64,000 bases of DNA from Eledone cirrhosa (GCA_964016885.1 OZ024742.1:257982001-258046000), one strand, 5' to 3'; shown: positions 25,135 through 41,085, numbered from the stretch's first letter. Notes: a model not told the origin generated them from the sequence alone. Numbers and translations are program-made.

Positions 25135-25420
25135 CCACTACCTGCAGCCTTAGTTATTCAGAACGTATCGGAGGGTTCTTGCTGTTCCCAGGAAGCATGC
25201 TTTTTAAAGTGTTCCATAAAACTCTTCGTGGTAGTACCTACTGCTCCTATGACAATCAAGACGACCTTGATCTCATGACAGTCCAAAATCATTTTAATTC
25301 CCACCTATCTTCGTTCAATGTTAACCCACTCCTTTACTTGCTCTCTTGTGTCAAAGGGGAAGGTTGATCTACAATCAGGCATGGTCTTTCTTCTCTATCA
25401 AAAAGCACCGGGCAAGGCTT
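25135..25420 (-). mobile_element. 3' end of a second R4/Dong-like element, head-to-tail with the previous one
   Basis: IVIGAVGTTT and KACFLGTARTLRYVLNN-stop, typical of the RLE C-terminus. Confidence 0.55.
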
Positions 25421-26763
25421 ATTGCGTTATAAATTGGCCCCTCTCTCAATCGTTATGTTCTTTGACGTTTTTTTCCTGTTTTCTTTTCACTTCTGTTTAT
25501 TTTGTTTTCTCTCCCTTTTTCTCCTCCCCAATAACTTACAACGTTCTTGACGCACTGGAGCTAAACGTACTGTCTTTAATGGGTTGAAATGTCCGAGACC
25601 CCCAGCAGACAACAGAAGTTGGAACCTCTCTTTAATGTACTTAGCATTAAGTTCATCTGTTGAAGATGATGAGTGCTAATGTGAGATACAATTGCTTGGT
25701 CCGAGGTGTTTTGGACAGAAGCAGAGAAGAGATAGATTTATGGACTGATAGGATATTTGCAGACATTACTGTGGTATAGATTGAAGGAGGCCAGGAGCTG
25801 TTTAATGAATATTATAGTTCTGTAGTGGTCTGTGTGACAGATGCGGATTTCATATGTTGAATGCTAAGTTATGTTGGTTCGAATCACGGTGGCTTAAATC
25901 TTGTGAATTTAGTAGCGATCTTATGTCTGCAGAAAATTGTCCTTTCTATTTTGTTGTTGAATAGCCTTTTATCGTCCCTAAAGATATACAGTAATACAAG
26001 GTCGCAAATTCTACAGTAGTACATACCTGTACTATATGCCATTGCGGCCGACCAAACTGCTGCTGTCCAAACTACCTCGGACCAAGCAATTATATCTTAC
26101 ATTAGCACTCATGATCTTCAATAGATGAACTTAATTCTAAGTACATTATTTTACTACTACTACAGCCCTTGAAATATCACTTTCCTCCTGTTGTTATAAT
26201 GAACACCCCAATGTATCCGTAATTTACTACTCTATTACCTTATTGCCTCTATTGTTGTTGTTATTTCTGTCTTATTCATGCAAGATTTATTATTGATGCT
26301 GTGAAAGCTAAACACCCATGATTCGAACTAACAATCCCTACATCTAATATAGGCCACTTAAATAACGAATCTACAACTCCACTTTACACCACATAAAAAT
26401 TACCATGCTCACAACAATGAAAATATTTTATCTGTCAGATAATAAATAAATCATCAACCTACGGCCAGCAAACCTACAGTAAAGCAGATAGTCTATAATT
26501 CCAGGCCCCAAGTTATATCTTTGCCACCTCTGCACTATATCTACTGTATCCCATGACAGCTTTCAAGTGTCAATTTCATGCATCTGTATCGTATCAGTTC
26601 GTGTTACATGCTAAGGTCATCATTATACTCTATTTCTTACTTAGATTGATGTTGTGATTGTTTTAACTATTTACTATCTAGCTAATTTATTTGAGTATTG
26701 TTGTTCTGATTTAATACCACTACTGTATATAGTAACCATGCCTGTGTATCTCCATCATTATCG

Positions 26764-26876
26764 CATGCTCTGATAAATAGACTGGTTATAACAAAGTATT
26801 GGTGATCGATTGACGCAAGAACAGGCGGGTAGCGATCTCTAGACCTACCAGATCAGAGAAACAATTGTCAGCCATG
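26764..26876 (+). ncRNA. Hammerhead with ~80-nt domain II in 5' pseudo-LTR (G8A)
   Basis: CAUGCU-CUGAUAA...GAAAC-AAUU-GUC/AGCCAUG. The 3' pLTR copy restores CUGAUGA. Confidence 0.6.
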
Positions 26877-27169
26877 TGAATAAAGCCCTTATTGTATAGC
26901 AACACGTCACTCTTCTTTCTTGATTTATTACTCCAAGTATGAACTACATAGAAATCCCCGCGTACTCGCAGCATCACTATGGAAACGTCTTGTTGAGTCA
27001 AACTTAGCCAAGCGTTAATACTATCCACTACTCGGAGTACTCTAATTGGACTACATCTAAGTGGACTACCTAAAACGATAATTTGTTATACCGTATACAT
27101 AGCTCCCACCTGGTTGATCAACATCATTAACGCACGGCAACCACATGGAAAAGGACCGCATAGCCATGT

Positions 27170-29500
27170 CACTGAAAAACATACCTATACCTACAAATAA
27201 GGTCTATACACTAGGCATAATATAACGGATTAATGATTTCATCCGCAGAATCCGATGCAAGGGTACCACTTCGACAATGGACCCGCTAATAACACAAGGG
27301 AATTTACTAAAGAGAATTACGGATTCAAATCTTGCAAAAACCCCCCAAACAACCCCACGTTCGATGCTTATGAATATGATAAGTGGAACTAAATTCAAAA
27401 ACGAACACACCACAACAAATTACAAAATGACATCAATACACTATTAAAAAAACTAAAAGACACCAACGGTATCATAGTAAAAGCAGACAAGACATCAAAC
27501 GTATATTCTATGGACCTTAATACATACAATAATTTCATTCAGCGTGAACAAACAATATAAAAAAACAAATGAATCCACACTCACCAGTATTAATAAGGAA
27601 AGACTTAAAATAGTAAATAAACTCGGAATATCCGATAGAACCGAACCTCTAACCCCATGCAACCCCACATTTAACCTTAAGCATCACAAAAATAATTTTG
27701 AAGCAAATCCTACTATTAGATTAATATGCCCATCTAAGTCGGATATAGGTAAAATTAGCAAGAATATTCTAGATAGGGTACTCACACAAATAAAACGAAA
27801 ACTAGAAATCAATTCATATGGTAACACTAACGAAGCGATTGAATGGTTCAGTTGAATAGGAAATAGAGAAGCATGCAACTTCATACAATTCGATATAAAC
27901 GATTACTACGCATCCATATCCCCAGCCAGCCTAGATAAGGCGCTTATATTTGCCCAAAATAACTCCGACCTTACCCCTGATGAAATTGAACTAATACTAG
28001 CTGCTAGAAGGACTATCATAAAATTTGAAAATAGCTATTGGGTAAGAAAAGATAGGATAAACAGCTTCGATATCACAATGGGATCGAACGATTCAGCGCA
28101 AATCACTGACGTCGTGGTGTTATTTATAGCGCACAACCTTCATACTGAATTTAGTGACCTCCAAGGAGGGATTTCTAGATGTGACACGCTTCTTATAGCT
28201 AGGAACATAAATAACCAGAGCATGGAAAGATTACGAAAAAACATTAGAACATTCTTCAAAAAACTAGGCCTAAGTATTACCTACGAACTGAATCATAAAA
28301 AGGCAAACTTTCTAGTCTTAACTCTAAACCTAAACACGGGATTAATAGAACCCTTCCACAAAAATAACGAAAATCTAGCCTACATTAGTTATAACTCAAA
28401 CCACCCCAGATCCATAATCAGATCCATAGCACGTAGTATATCCCTTAGAATATCCCGCTTATCCTCAAACCAAGAAATTTTTAATGAGCATGCTAACTAT
28501 TATAACGCGGCATTACATAGGGCTGGACACAAAGAAAAGCTACAGTTTATAACGGACAAGGACAACACAAACAAACCCACTAACACTGACACCAACCGCT
28601 CACACAAAAATAAAGGTAACGGGACTAGACATAGAGGTAGGCAAGTAGCACCTAGAGTAGGTGGTCTAAAAAGGAATAATGTAAACCCTAGAAACTATAG
28701 AAGAACCAGGGAAAGGAAATACCTATGGTTTAATCCCATCTTCAACTCCTCTGTAAGAACTAAACTGCCTTCTACGTTTTTTAAACTAATAGATAAGCAC
28801 AGATATCATAAAATCCTCAATAGAAAAACTATAACACTCTCATACTCTACGGCTGCCAGTATAGAATGCCACATACGCAAGATCAACCACAGGAATACCT
28901 CTCGGGAAACTACCCCACCTATACGCAACATAGCACCAAACTCTAAACACAAACACATTTCGGTATCACAACCACAAACGAGCACGAGCGCCCCACAGCA
29001 AAACCTCAATGGGCATAAATCACAACCCACTTATAGCAGTTTACTAAACCGCAATGTGAAAACTGCACGGATTAACACCTCAAACTGCAATTGTCACCTA
29101 CCAGATAGGTGCCCACTGGCGAATAGGTGCCTTGATTCGAGCCTAGTCTACATGTGTACGGTGAAATCGAGCAATTCCACCTGGCATTACATTGGATCCA
29201 CCGCGGGTACTTTTAAAAAAAGATGATATGTGCACAGACATTCGATGAAGAACCGTGCACTGATAGGCTCTACAACCCTCGCCAAAAAAATCTGGGAACT
29301 TAAGGACAATAACCTCGACTACAATATCAACTGGTCGAGGTTGTCGGCCGCAAGGGCATATAGTACTGGTATGTCCTACTATAGACTTCGCGACCTTTAA
29401 TTACTGTATATCCTTAGGAACGATAAAAGGCTACTCAACAACAAAATAGAAAGGTCAATTTTCTGCAGACATGGGATCGATACTAAATTCACAAGATTTA
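27170..29500 (+). pseudogene. PLE RT + GIY-YIG polyprotein, disrupted
   Basis: IVKADKTSN, PTIRLICPSKSDIGKISK, FIQFDINDYYASI, FDITMGSNDSAQ, YNSNHP, WFNPIF, CNCHLPDRCPLANRC..LVY...HYIGST..FKKR. Confidence 0.85.
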
Positions 29501-30420
29501 AGCCACCGTGATTCGAACCAACATAACTTAGCATTCAACATATGAATTCTGCACTCTTACACAGACCACTACATAACTATAATATTCTTTAAACAGCTTC
29601 TGGCTTCCTTAATTCTATACCACAGTAATGTCTGCAAATATCCTATCAGACCATAAATCTATCTCTTCTCTGCTGCTGTCCAAAGCACCTCGGACCAAGC
29701 AATTATATCTCACATTAGCACTCATGATCTTCAACAGACGAACTTAATTCTAAGTACATTAGTTTACTACTACTACATCCCTTGAAATATCACTTTCCTC
29801 CTGTTGTTATAATGAACACCCCAATGTATCCGTAATAGTATTCATCATGTTCTCTATATAGACCTTGCTTTCTTTACTACTCTATTACCTTATTGCCTCT
29901 ATTGTTGTTGTTATTGCTGTCTTATTCATGCACGATTTATTATTGATGCTGTGAAAACTAAACCCCCATGATTCGACCTAACAATCCTTACATCTAATAT
30001 AGGCCACTTAAATAACGAATCTACAAATCCACTTTACACCACATACAAATTACCATGCTCACAACAATGAAAATATTTTATCTGTCAGATAATAAATAAA
30101 TCATCAACCTACGGCCAGCAAACCTACAGTAAAGCAGATAGTCTATAATTCCAGGCCCCAAGTTATATATTTGCCACCTCTGCACTATATCTAGTGTACC
30201 TCATGACAGCTTTCACATGTCAATTTCATGCATCTGTATCGTATCAGTTCGTTTTACATGCTAAGGTCATCATTATACTCTATTTCTTACTTAGATTGAT
30301 GTTGTGATTGTTTTACTTATTTACTATCTAGCTAATTTATTTGAGTATTGTTATTGTTGTTCTGCATCAATATCACTACTGTATTTAGTAGCCATGCCTG
30401 TGTATATCCTTCATTCTCGG

Positions 30421-30533
30421 ATGCTCTGATGAATAGACTGGTTATAAGAACGTATTGGTGATCGATTGACGCGAAATCAGGCGGGGAGCGAATCTCTAGA
30501 CCTACCTATTCAGAGAAACAATTATCAGCAATG
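30421..30533 (+). ncRNA. Hammerhead with ~80-nt domain II in 3' pseudo-LTR
   Basis: UGCU-CUGAUGA-AUAG...CUAU-UCAGA-GAAAC-AAUU-AUC/AGCA. The consensus of both pLTR copies gives a perfect core. Confidence 0.6.
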
Positions 30534-30865
30534 TGAATAAAGCCCTTATTTTATAGCAAACCATGTCACTCTTCTTTCTTTCTTTATTACTCCAATTATA
30601 AACGACATAGAAATCACCACGTACTCGCAGCATCACTATGGAAACGTCTTGTTGAGTCAAACTTAGCCAAGGGTTAATACTATCCACTACTCGGAGTACC
30701 CTAACTGGACTACATCTAACTGGACTACCTATAACGGTAATTTGTTATACCGTATATATATATATATAGTGGTGGAACACTGGAAAGTAATATCCGTAAT
30801 GGTAGAGCACTCAGTCCATGGGACGAGTTAGGTAGGGGTGGTTACACAACAGTTAGTTCACCCTA

Positions 30866-30905
30866 CCGAGAATAATTGTTTCACCTTAGCGGATCCTCAG
30901 CTCGG
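30866..30905 (-). ncRNA. Minimal type I hammerhead
   Basis: CCGAG-CUGAGGA-UCC-GCUAA-GGU-GAAAC-AAUU-AUU/CUCGG, with a 5-bp stem I. Lies in a ~140-bp insert between TA runs. Confidence 0.65.
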
Positions 30906-32044
30906 AAATATATATATATGAGTGTGTGTCTCTGTGTGTGTGTATGCGTGGGTGTGTGTGTGGGTGTGTATTTGTCTGTGTGTGTGTCGCTGTTTGTATG
31001 TGTTTGTGCGCGCGTGTGTGTGTTTGTATGTATATTAATGATATACATGCATATGTGCGTATCAGGGTGACTATAAGTCTTTTGGTATATTTGTGATTAG
31101 CATTTACTAGATAGATGGGCCATGCGGAAAGTTTACCAAAGCTAATGTATGTGTACTTTCAGTATATAATCTAACTCTATACATTTATATTCAATACAAA
31201 TAGACTCACATACTAAATATTCTAAATGTTTTGTCCCGTTTGTTCTTCAGGAATGTCTTGTGTTTACATTTATTCTATCTGAAGTTATTTTATTATCAGT
31301 TAAACTGAAGAACTATTTAATTCTTAAACGATTTTCCAAGTCGATACAAATACACTAAATTTTAAATCTGTATCTATGTTACCAGGCCCTTTGAAGATAA
31401 CATTAGATATTCACAAAATCAAGTGAGATTTCTTAGTGCAAATATATAATATTTCATTGTCCTCTCAAACACTATATAGTACTACAACCTTCTTAAGTTA
31501 ATTGTTTTTAAATATTTAAGAATGTTCTTAGACATATAGATGTTCATATCCCATAATTTGATTATAACTGAATACATTCTACTTGATATTTTAATGGTTA
31601 CAACGAAGATTTCAGGTTAGCTAGATATCTTCCAAATTTTATGTATCGAACATAATCGTGTAAATAGCATCAACAGTTCTGACACTATTGTATTATCTTT
31701 CAAGTGAATATTCAAGATTATTCCTACAATGATTAGATAGGAGATGAAACAGAAAGCCAAAATAATATGCAACAGTGTGTAGAAAGGTTTTCCAATTCAG
31801 TCTATCCCACAGAGATTATAACATAACACCAGAGTCATGCGCAAATTATACATAAGCTACATTGCGGAAGCTTTGAGCGTAACGATAATCTGTTCGAACA
31901 AAGAAGGTTAAGGGCGCCTGCCATATCCTTAAATATTTCTTTCCCATATCTCGAATGACATATACTGCATTGATTTTCATATATGTTTGAAATTATCATA
32001 GAAATAGTAATATACATATTGTAATAATATTAATTTCATATACA

Positions 32045-32130
<86 letters not shown>

Positions 32131-32339
32131 GTTTAGAAGTGTATAGCAATCATAAGGCAATCCCCGTCTTCATTTCTCTGCTGAGCGTCTCTAATATATC
32201 GACGCATTAAAGACAACAAATCTATCCACAATGCCTTAATAATTTCAGGTAGTTATTAGCAAAGGAAAAGACAAAAAAAGAGACGTTACCAGACATCTGA
32301 AGAGGGGAATTGTCTTATGTTTGTGTTACCCTTTTATAA

Positions 32340-32406
<67 letters not shown>

Positions 32407-32924
32407 CGTATGTATATATGTGTGTGTGTGTGTGTGCAGGTGTGTGTGTGTGTGTAAAGTGCATTTCTTTAGCTCTTATTACACCTGTTACAGTGTACCA
32501 GATTCCTTGAAAATAGTGAGTCGTGCCACGCTTGATGTCTGTGAGGAATAGAGTGCTGACGCCGTGCAAATCATCAGCATAGGGATCAGCTGATCCTAGA
32601 ATATTAGATGTGTAGGAGTGAGCGTGTGTACATGAGTGCATGTGTGCGTGTATGCACAAATATGTGAGCAGAGGCACCCTTACATATGTACTTACAAAAC
32701 ATGGTGCAGGTGATGATCGACGGTCCATGCATGAATATCACCGTATCCAAAGGTTATAGCCCATGAGACCATTCGAGATGCCGCAAATCAGCATGTACGG
32801 CGTTACAACAGCACAGACGCATATCACTGAGCTGCGAAGTATGAAGTTCGTTGCGGATGCAAAAATGAATGGAAGCAGGAGAGGAAAATGGTCCGCAATA
32901 TATTCTATGATACATCGCAAGAAG

Positions 32925-33312
32925 GTCCGAGAAATCCTTACGGGGTCGATAAAATAAAGTACCAGTAATGCACTGGTAATTGCTGGCCTTGTGCCTAAAG
33001 TAGAAACAATTATATAAACGCAGAGTTACAGCATTTTCCATTATGAGTTCAAATCCCGCCGAGGTTAACTTTGCCTTTCATCCTTATGGGGTCGATAAAA
33101 TAAAGTACCAGTAATGCACTGGTAATTGCTGGCCTTGTGCCTAAAGTAGAAACAATTATATAAACGCAGAGTTACAGCATTTTCCATTATGAGTTCAAAT
33201 CCCGCCGAGGTTAACTTTGCCTTTCATCCTTATGGCGTCGATAAAATAAAGTACCAGTAATACTCTGGATAATTGCTGGCCTTGTGCCAAACGTAGAAAC
33301 AATTATATAAAT
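32925..33312 (+). mobile_element. Tandemly repeated SINE 3' halves (146-bp period)
   Basis: cctta(c/t)gg(g/c)gtcgataaaataaagtaccagtaat at 32936, 33082 and 33228. Confidence 0.8.
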
Positions 33313-34439
33313 GCATTGCCAAACAAAAGCTAGCACACGAAGGTGTAATTATTTTGTGAAAACACGGGGTCCCGATGATAAGTATTATGGTAATACACCG
33401 AAAGTGCAACATGTAATATACATATACGCATATGCATATACGCACATTTATATGCACGTATATAACACAATGAACGATGACGGGGCGGAAATAGGAGGAT
33501 TGTTATAAAGGATTTGTGGAATGGCCGTGCGAAGGTGTTTATATGTGTATGATGCATCAGCGTGTGATTTTGCCTGTGTTAGTGCCTTTGTATCTGTATG
33601 CATGGATGTGTCTAAGTGTGTGATGAGTTGCGGTGAATGCAATGTTTGTGTAGATTCGTGGATGTGTGTAAGTGCATATACATATGTGTGTATGTGTGTG
33701 TGTGCGTGTATGTATGTAAGTACTTATATTAGGTTGATGACTGTTTCTTAGGTAGAGGTCATGTGAACTGTTTAAATTAGGCCTACACATTTAGAATTTA
33801 CTCGAAAATAGAATTTTATCTTTTTCATTAAGAGACAGATCAGGAGAAATCGTACCAGCATTATGTATAATAGTGTTTTCACACCAGCCGACAGGTTACA
33901 AGGATTTAAGTTCTATTTTTATATATAGAGAGTTGTGTAACTGCTCTTAATGGACTTAAGATATTAAAATCTATTGTCTATTTCTATTACATTACAACGC
34001 CGAGGATTTACCTATATTTATGAACATATTATCTTGCTTACCGCCAAATAGTCTATCTGACGCTGTGCTTAATACTATTTGAAATATGTGTCTTAGAAAA
34101 CATTTTCGAATTTCTAGTTTAATCCCACCAGGAAACGCCTGAAAATACAGACATCCATATTTGATTCCATTGAAATATTCATAAAATATTATTATTTCCT
34201 TCGGGTCGGTTATAGAACAAAGCACTAAATGTTGTTGCTGTAGATACTTTATATTTCATCGACACAGTCAAGAGGCGTTATATTCATCGTGTGTTGGCAT
34301 TTCACAGTTCATAATCTTTAACACGTTGATTAAATGTTTTGCGGTCGACATAGTCACTACTTGTAATAAGTTAATATAATATCAATGGAGCACATTAGAT
34401 TTCTCATATATAAATATGATATCATTTGAAGCATATATG

Positions 34440-34506
<67 letters not shown>

Positions 34507-35015
34507 GTGTATGTGTGTGTGTGTGTGAGAGAGAGATTCTGTCTATGTATGTATATACCTGTATGTTTGGGTGTTGAAGTGAATATATCCTTATTGATAC
34601 AGCTATCGATATATATATATTGAGAGAAAGAGAATAGTGTGTGTGTGAGTGACAGAAGATTTAACGAAGTAACGGGTGAAGAACTAACATTAACATCAAC
34701 GAAGACGGAAAATAAATTATTACGGTCACCAAGTAAACAATAAATATGGATCATTTAATGGCTTCAAAGAAGTGTCTGTTGATTCGCTTTAGAAACAACC
34801 AGAGAAACACCTAGGTACAATGATAAATGCATTTTCGTCCACATTTCTAAACCACATTAACGCAGGTAACCGTAAATAGTTATTACAATAACTAGATACA
34901 AGAACCACGCCGTGTATCTAATATAATTTACACTCTATTATCGGAATTTTTACTTAATATATATCATATAAGTATATATATATTCATAAGTCTTATATAT
35001 GTTTATATATATATG

Positions 35016-35061
<46 letters not shown>

Positions 35062-35340
35062 GCTGAGTGTATATGCAAAGTGGATAACCGAGAATGCACG
35101 AGTATATAAACGAATGGCTATATAAATATACAACTATTTACATAAAGAAAGGTGCTGGCTCGGTTCACATTTCTGTATAAATACAGATATGACGTTATTG
35201 TAGACATCGGATGTTTATGGCACTTCTTTATATATATACATATATATATTTTAGTATATGTCGGTTGTTTACCGACACATCAGTATGCAGATTGGAGCAC
35301 TCAACGAAGTGCGCAGGTTGGTTTGGTTACTCCGGAGTAA

Positions 35341-35967
<627 letters not shown>

Positions 35968-35998
35968 ATAACCTTCGTTTTGTGTAGTAAATTACACT

Positions 35999-36085
<87 letters not shown>

Positions 36086-36240
36086 CACACACACACGCAC
36101 ACACATACACATGTAAATAGTTGTATATTTATATACCCATTCGTTTATATACTCGTACATTCTCGGTTATCCAAACACACACACACACAAACACACACAA
36201 ACGCACACACACACACACACACACACATACACACACACAT

Positions 36241-36331
<91 letters not shown>

Positions 36332-37449
36332 TATATATATAAATATATATATATTAACATATATGAGACTTTTGAATCTACGGCACACAAATACACAAAT
36401 TATCTGCAAGTACAGACAGTTGCAATAAAATAACTTATCAATATCAGGAAAAGAACCTTAGAGACTACAAAACGTTGCCAATGGTCATAATTGATCGTCT
36501 ATAAAAATCTGACGTCTCTAAGAATATTTACCTGATTTTTCATACGATATTTAAACAACTGAGATATATATATATATAGAGTGAGTGGGAAGATAAATAG
36601 ATACGTAGGTAATGTTCGAATTTGGGGCAATTATCTTCTCATGTCCACCAGTTTGCACATTCGTCTCACGTTGACGTGTTAGACTTACCCAACTTTTCTA
36701 ATGCCATAATGCCACTATCTATGTAGTGTGAGAATGTGAAATCGATATGTCAGCATTCTTTCCACCATTAATGGAATTTAATACTAAAACATAGTAAACC
36801 TAAAGCTGGTGATGCTCGTATGCATACAGTCACACTAAAATATTGGTGTCTCTTCTAATTACCTCGCTTACGTCTGTTAAGTTCACGTTATATGCAAATG
36901 AGCATTTCCAGCCGATGGTATATCATCAAACATCATATAGGCTTTAGTCTATTTTATCTTACTACAGAATAAGGAAACTGATGACAGTTAAAAATGCAGG
37001 AATATTATTCTGATATTCAAACCGCTGTCAAGATGGCTTTGAAATGATGGCAAAAAATAAATCTCAGTGAGACTTTTCGTATGTTTTTCTTATACAGGAA
37101 GATATCGTATTTTGAGCCACAATGTGCGTAACGTCTAATGTATATATAAACCAGAGAAGAGTCTAATGAGCAAAACACGTAGAAAATGCCTGTGCACGTA
37201 GTCCATCGCTATAAATAATATTAAATCGGGTAAAAGCCAGAAATTTAAGATGAAAGGAATTCTATGTTTACCTGTGGCTGCTGGCCGCATTGCTATTTAT
37301 AGTTTTATTTGCCTGTAATCAGCATTACCATGCATCGCAAAAAATGTCAGATATCAAGTGATGCATGCATATATACACATAAGTATTGTTTGAAGACCTT
37401 TGGGCATGCGGCCCCAGACCAACAGGAGTAGACAGTGAGTTGCTCTAGT

Positions 37450-39830
37450 GCCATTAACATTTTCGTATCTAATACTCACCAACAACTGATAGAAGCAAGA
37501 AAATGTCTATCAAAGAACTTGGCTTGTAACCGACACTTTTGCGCCTTGTGTGGTTGTGCTTCCATGTTTTGGCGGAACTTAAATGTCAAGAGATAAGTTA
37601 AATTATATCTATCTTTAGACACGTAGTCCTACGGTTAGAACCTTCATGGTAATGTTGTTGACAGTTCATTTCCTGGACCTGGTTGTGCGTTGTGCAACTG
37701 TTTGTGTATGTAGGTGTGCGCTAAAGAAAGTTTACAGCTAAATATCGAAATATTTTGGATTAATAATGTATGTATGTCTATATAATGAATAATTGTCCCT
37801 ACGTTTCATGTGTTTCTAAACAATCCATTCATCACTGACAGAGATCTTGAAATACCCGTAGATATTTATATCTTATTAGCAATCTAGATGAGTATATTCA
37901 ATACAATACATCGTACAGAATAAATGCAACAAATAACAGTGGATATAAATTATGAATAATTAAAGATGTCGTTGAATGTATGCATGTCGAACCACAGTCG
38001 GTTCCGACGACTGGGGTTCCGCTTGTTCAACTAATGTCACAGAATACTCGTGAAATTACGGTGGAAGTTGCTGAGCGTGCCGCAGATATGTATTCACTTA
38101 CCTTATTATTCATCGTGATTCAGCTTGTCAAGGGGTGTGACATGTCTGGCCCATTAATTTCCAGGTACAACTCGCGCTTTTCAGACTGGAGTAAATAGAA
38201 GTAAATGATATTGTCTAAGAACATAATGAACCAACAAAAACATAACTCACGAATTTCCTGAATAGAAGCTCTAGGATAATGTATGCTGTATATTGGGCAT
38301 GCAGGGAGCGGCAGCATTGATAACTCCACATGGAACATTGATCCGTTTGGTCTTGAAGGATTTAAAGAGCTCTGCAACAACAACTTTATCAGGCAACTCT
38401 GCTGAAACGTCCTTATCAACATCATGTGGACTTATCGTTACTTTGCTCCAGATTAGTGTGTGAGAGTTGGGAAATCCGCCTCTTCTCCCATTCAATAGTG
38501 GTCACGCAAGCCTCAAGCTCACCAATGATTCTTCCTTATTTGAAGAGCAAGAGGTGATATTTTTTTGCTGTGTGTGGGAGGTTCTTTTCATGGAACACCA
38601 AAGAAATGGGATCAGGTCCATCCTTCTGTTCTTGATTTTGAAATAATTCAATTGATATTTCTTTCTAGTTTGTAAATGTAATGAAGAGATCCACCCGACT
38701 AAATTGTTTCGCATAGGCCATTGCATCTTGCGTACATTCATGTCCTGGTCCTCTCGTGAAGCCCGATGGCGGTATATACCGGCTGGCACTATTCTTGGGT
38801 GACCATTAGAATTATAGCATCTTTAAGGTGGATAAAGCTTTCAACCCTCAACTTTTTAGATTCCTTCGCAGGAAACCCAACATTTTTTTTTTATTTCGGG
38901 GCATATACGTGTACCATTAACTGGTCGGTTACTTCTTCGAATCGCTGAACTTGGTTCAAATGATTCCATATTATGAATTGATAAGTATGGAATTCTTTGC
39001 AGTTGATTAAGCGGTCAGTTTCTTGCCTTGTTCCTGGGTTGATTGTCGTAGCTAAAAATGCTATCCATCTTCACAATTCCAAATGATGAGCGGTTATTGG
39101 AGTGTGTCATGGGCCTGATGAGTGTCACATATTCACTCCAAATGATCATTTCGTTTACGCAAAAGAATGTGACGTCGTTCGTGATGTTCATCAACCATCA
39201 TGATTGCAACTGCATCAGTGAAAGTGGCATTGAACGTGCGCTAATGTTCTGAAGCCTGGCCGTTGTTTGCCCTGATAATGATTTTATAATCTCTGGTGTT
39301 GATCATGTTTTCCAGTGCATATTTAAATATACTGTCATACAAGTGAGGTTGGTGAGGTTTTTCTTGTAACTTCATGTCCATATAGAACTGCAATCCATCA
39401 TGGATATTTCGTACGTCTTTCTTGTTTCTCTATTTCATTTCAATCCAGGAAGTAAATCTGCACAAACTTGTGAAGCTCCTGTTGAAATGGCAGAACGCCA
39501 CCCATTAAGAGTAGCACTCTCCCTGAATTGAATAAGTTGTGAAGAATCTAAAGACAGTGACATTCCTGTAAGCTCTGAAAGATGTGATTTGAGAGGCAGC
39601 ATTATATTTTTGAATGTATATAGTGCCATACCTCTGGTGTATCGGAGAGGAGCAGATACTTCAGAAATTCAAGAGGCTTTTGTATAGTTTTAATATTAAC
39701 TTTGCCTTTTGGGCATCATGGACTGGGGTTTCTACTGCCCACTTCTTGGCACCACATTACTAGGAGCATGTGTTAATTTTTCCAATTTTGATTTTTTTTT
39801 ATTGCTGCTGTCGGCCGTTTGGAGGTCACA
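37450..39830 (-). pseudogene. Decayed Helitron Rep/Helicase coding region
   Basis: Fragments RGGFPNSHTLIW (HUH-like motif), DVDKDVSAELPD and PCGVINAAAPCM match my recollection of the Helitron Rep consensus. Heavily frameshifted; ends approximate. Confidence 0.65.
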
Positions 39831-40407
39831 GGAAAAAGCACCTATTTGCCAGTTCGTTTTACTTGAGGTTTATGCTCTAATTTAAGAACGCAGACAGACA
39901 CACACGCCTACGCGCGCGTGAGTATATCCACTCTCCCAGACCAACTCTTGTGGTAGAGGTGATAGAGAAAAAGAGAGAAAGACGTGTAATACAAGGCAAA
40001 GAAGAAAAGAGGAGTTGAAATCTGAGTAAAAATTAAATAATAGAAATTACACCTTAATAATCCACCGAAAGCAGCTATCGCTCACGTTTTCCATTTTCTC
40101 AACCTCAATCTCACGTCATATCTCTCTTCTTTCTTCCACTTCTGTATTTCAGATTCCATCTTTCACTGCAGAAGGCAAAAGATGAAACAAAATGCGCGGC
40201 TTCTTTCTATATGCATTAGGATATATTTACAATTGAATTTATATGGATTATATGCTTTGTAAATCACAAAATATTGTTACCATTACTTGTCCAAACATCT
40301 AATGAATATATACATGTAATTGTGTTGCTATTTGTACGTTAGATCTTGAATGAATTATATCTGACCACACACACAGAATCATAAACTTTCATATAATCAT
40401 ACATACA

Positions 40408-40441
<34 letters not shown>

Positions 40442-40442
<1 letters not shown>

Positions 40443-41052
40443 TAGCCGAAATACCCACGCCTTGCTGCGGTCTACACATTTTGTTTTTGTAAGAAAATGA
40501 TGATTGATTTTAAATCAGTGATATAATTTATGGAGAAAAACTATGCATTTCAATATTACTCAATGTAAAATGTAATTCATGGAAAATTGGAAAACATTAT
40601 TTTTATAATATATCAAATCAAAATTACTTTATTAAATCTTATTCTTATTTTGTTGCTTGTAAATAATTTTTTACAAAATATCGAATCAATATTTTATGAA
40701 TAGGCATCATATCTTGTCATTTACATATGGTTTAAATCTCATATAAGTCGAAGGGATAACATTATCAGTGGGGTTTTGTGCCTCCGCGGAACTCTATAGG
40801 AGGTTTAAGCCTCATTAGGGTGTCTCAATATTATTGAAATTTGCTGAAATTTTGTGAATATGCACCATATCTTTTCATTTACCTATGGTTTAGATTTCAT
40901 ATAAATCGAAGGGGGTTTCATCGGGGGTCTGTGTCCCCAGGGAACATTTTTGATTAAAATGAAACATACTTATCCAAATACTCTTGGCAATAGGGGTCCA
41001 AAACCATAGGAGGAGTTTGTGAACAAACAAACAAACAGATAGGAATACAATG

Positions 41053-41085
<33 letters not shown>
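40442..41085 (-). mobile_element. Non-autonomous Helitron
   Basis: On the minus strand it ends with a GC hairpin (ccgcagcaaggcgtgg) about 10 nt before CTAG|T. An (AAAC)n tract lies near the other end. Inserted in (TA)n. Confidence 0.6.

Larger units (their letters stand above)
25635..30752 (+). mobile_element. Near-complete Penelope-like element (Naiad-like) with ~1-kb direct pseudo-LTRs and an upstream inverted segment
   Basis: ~26060-27095 repeats at ~29670-30752. ~25635-26000 is the reverse complement of ~29400-29760. The coding region lies between the repeats. Confidence 0.88.

Noticed and set aside
29224-29226. In-frame TGA in the PLE as selenocysteine
   Set aside because: It falls at a position expected to be aromatic (KKR-W-Y), not Cys, in an element with many other lesions.
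32925-33312. Regularly spaced repeats suggesting a CRISPR array
   Set aside because: The intervening sequences are identical. This is a SINE tandem duplication in eukaryotic DNA with no cas genes.
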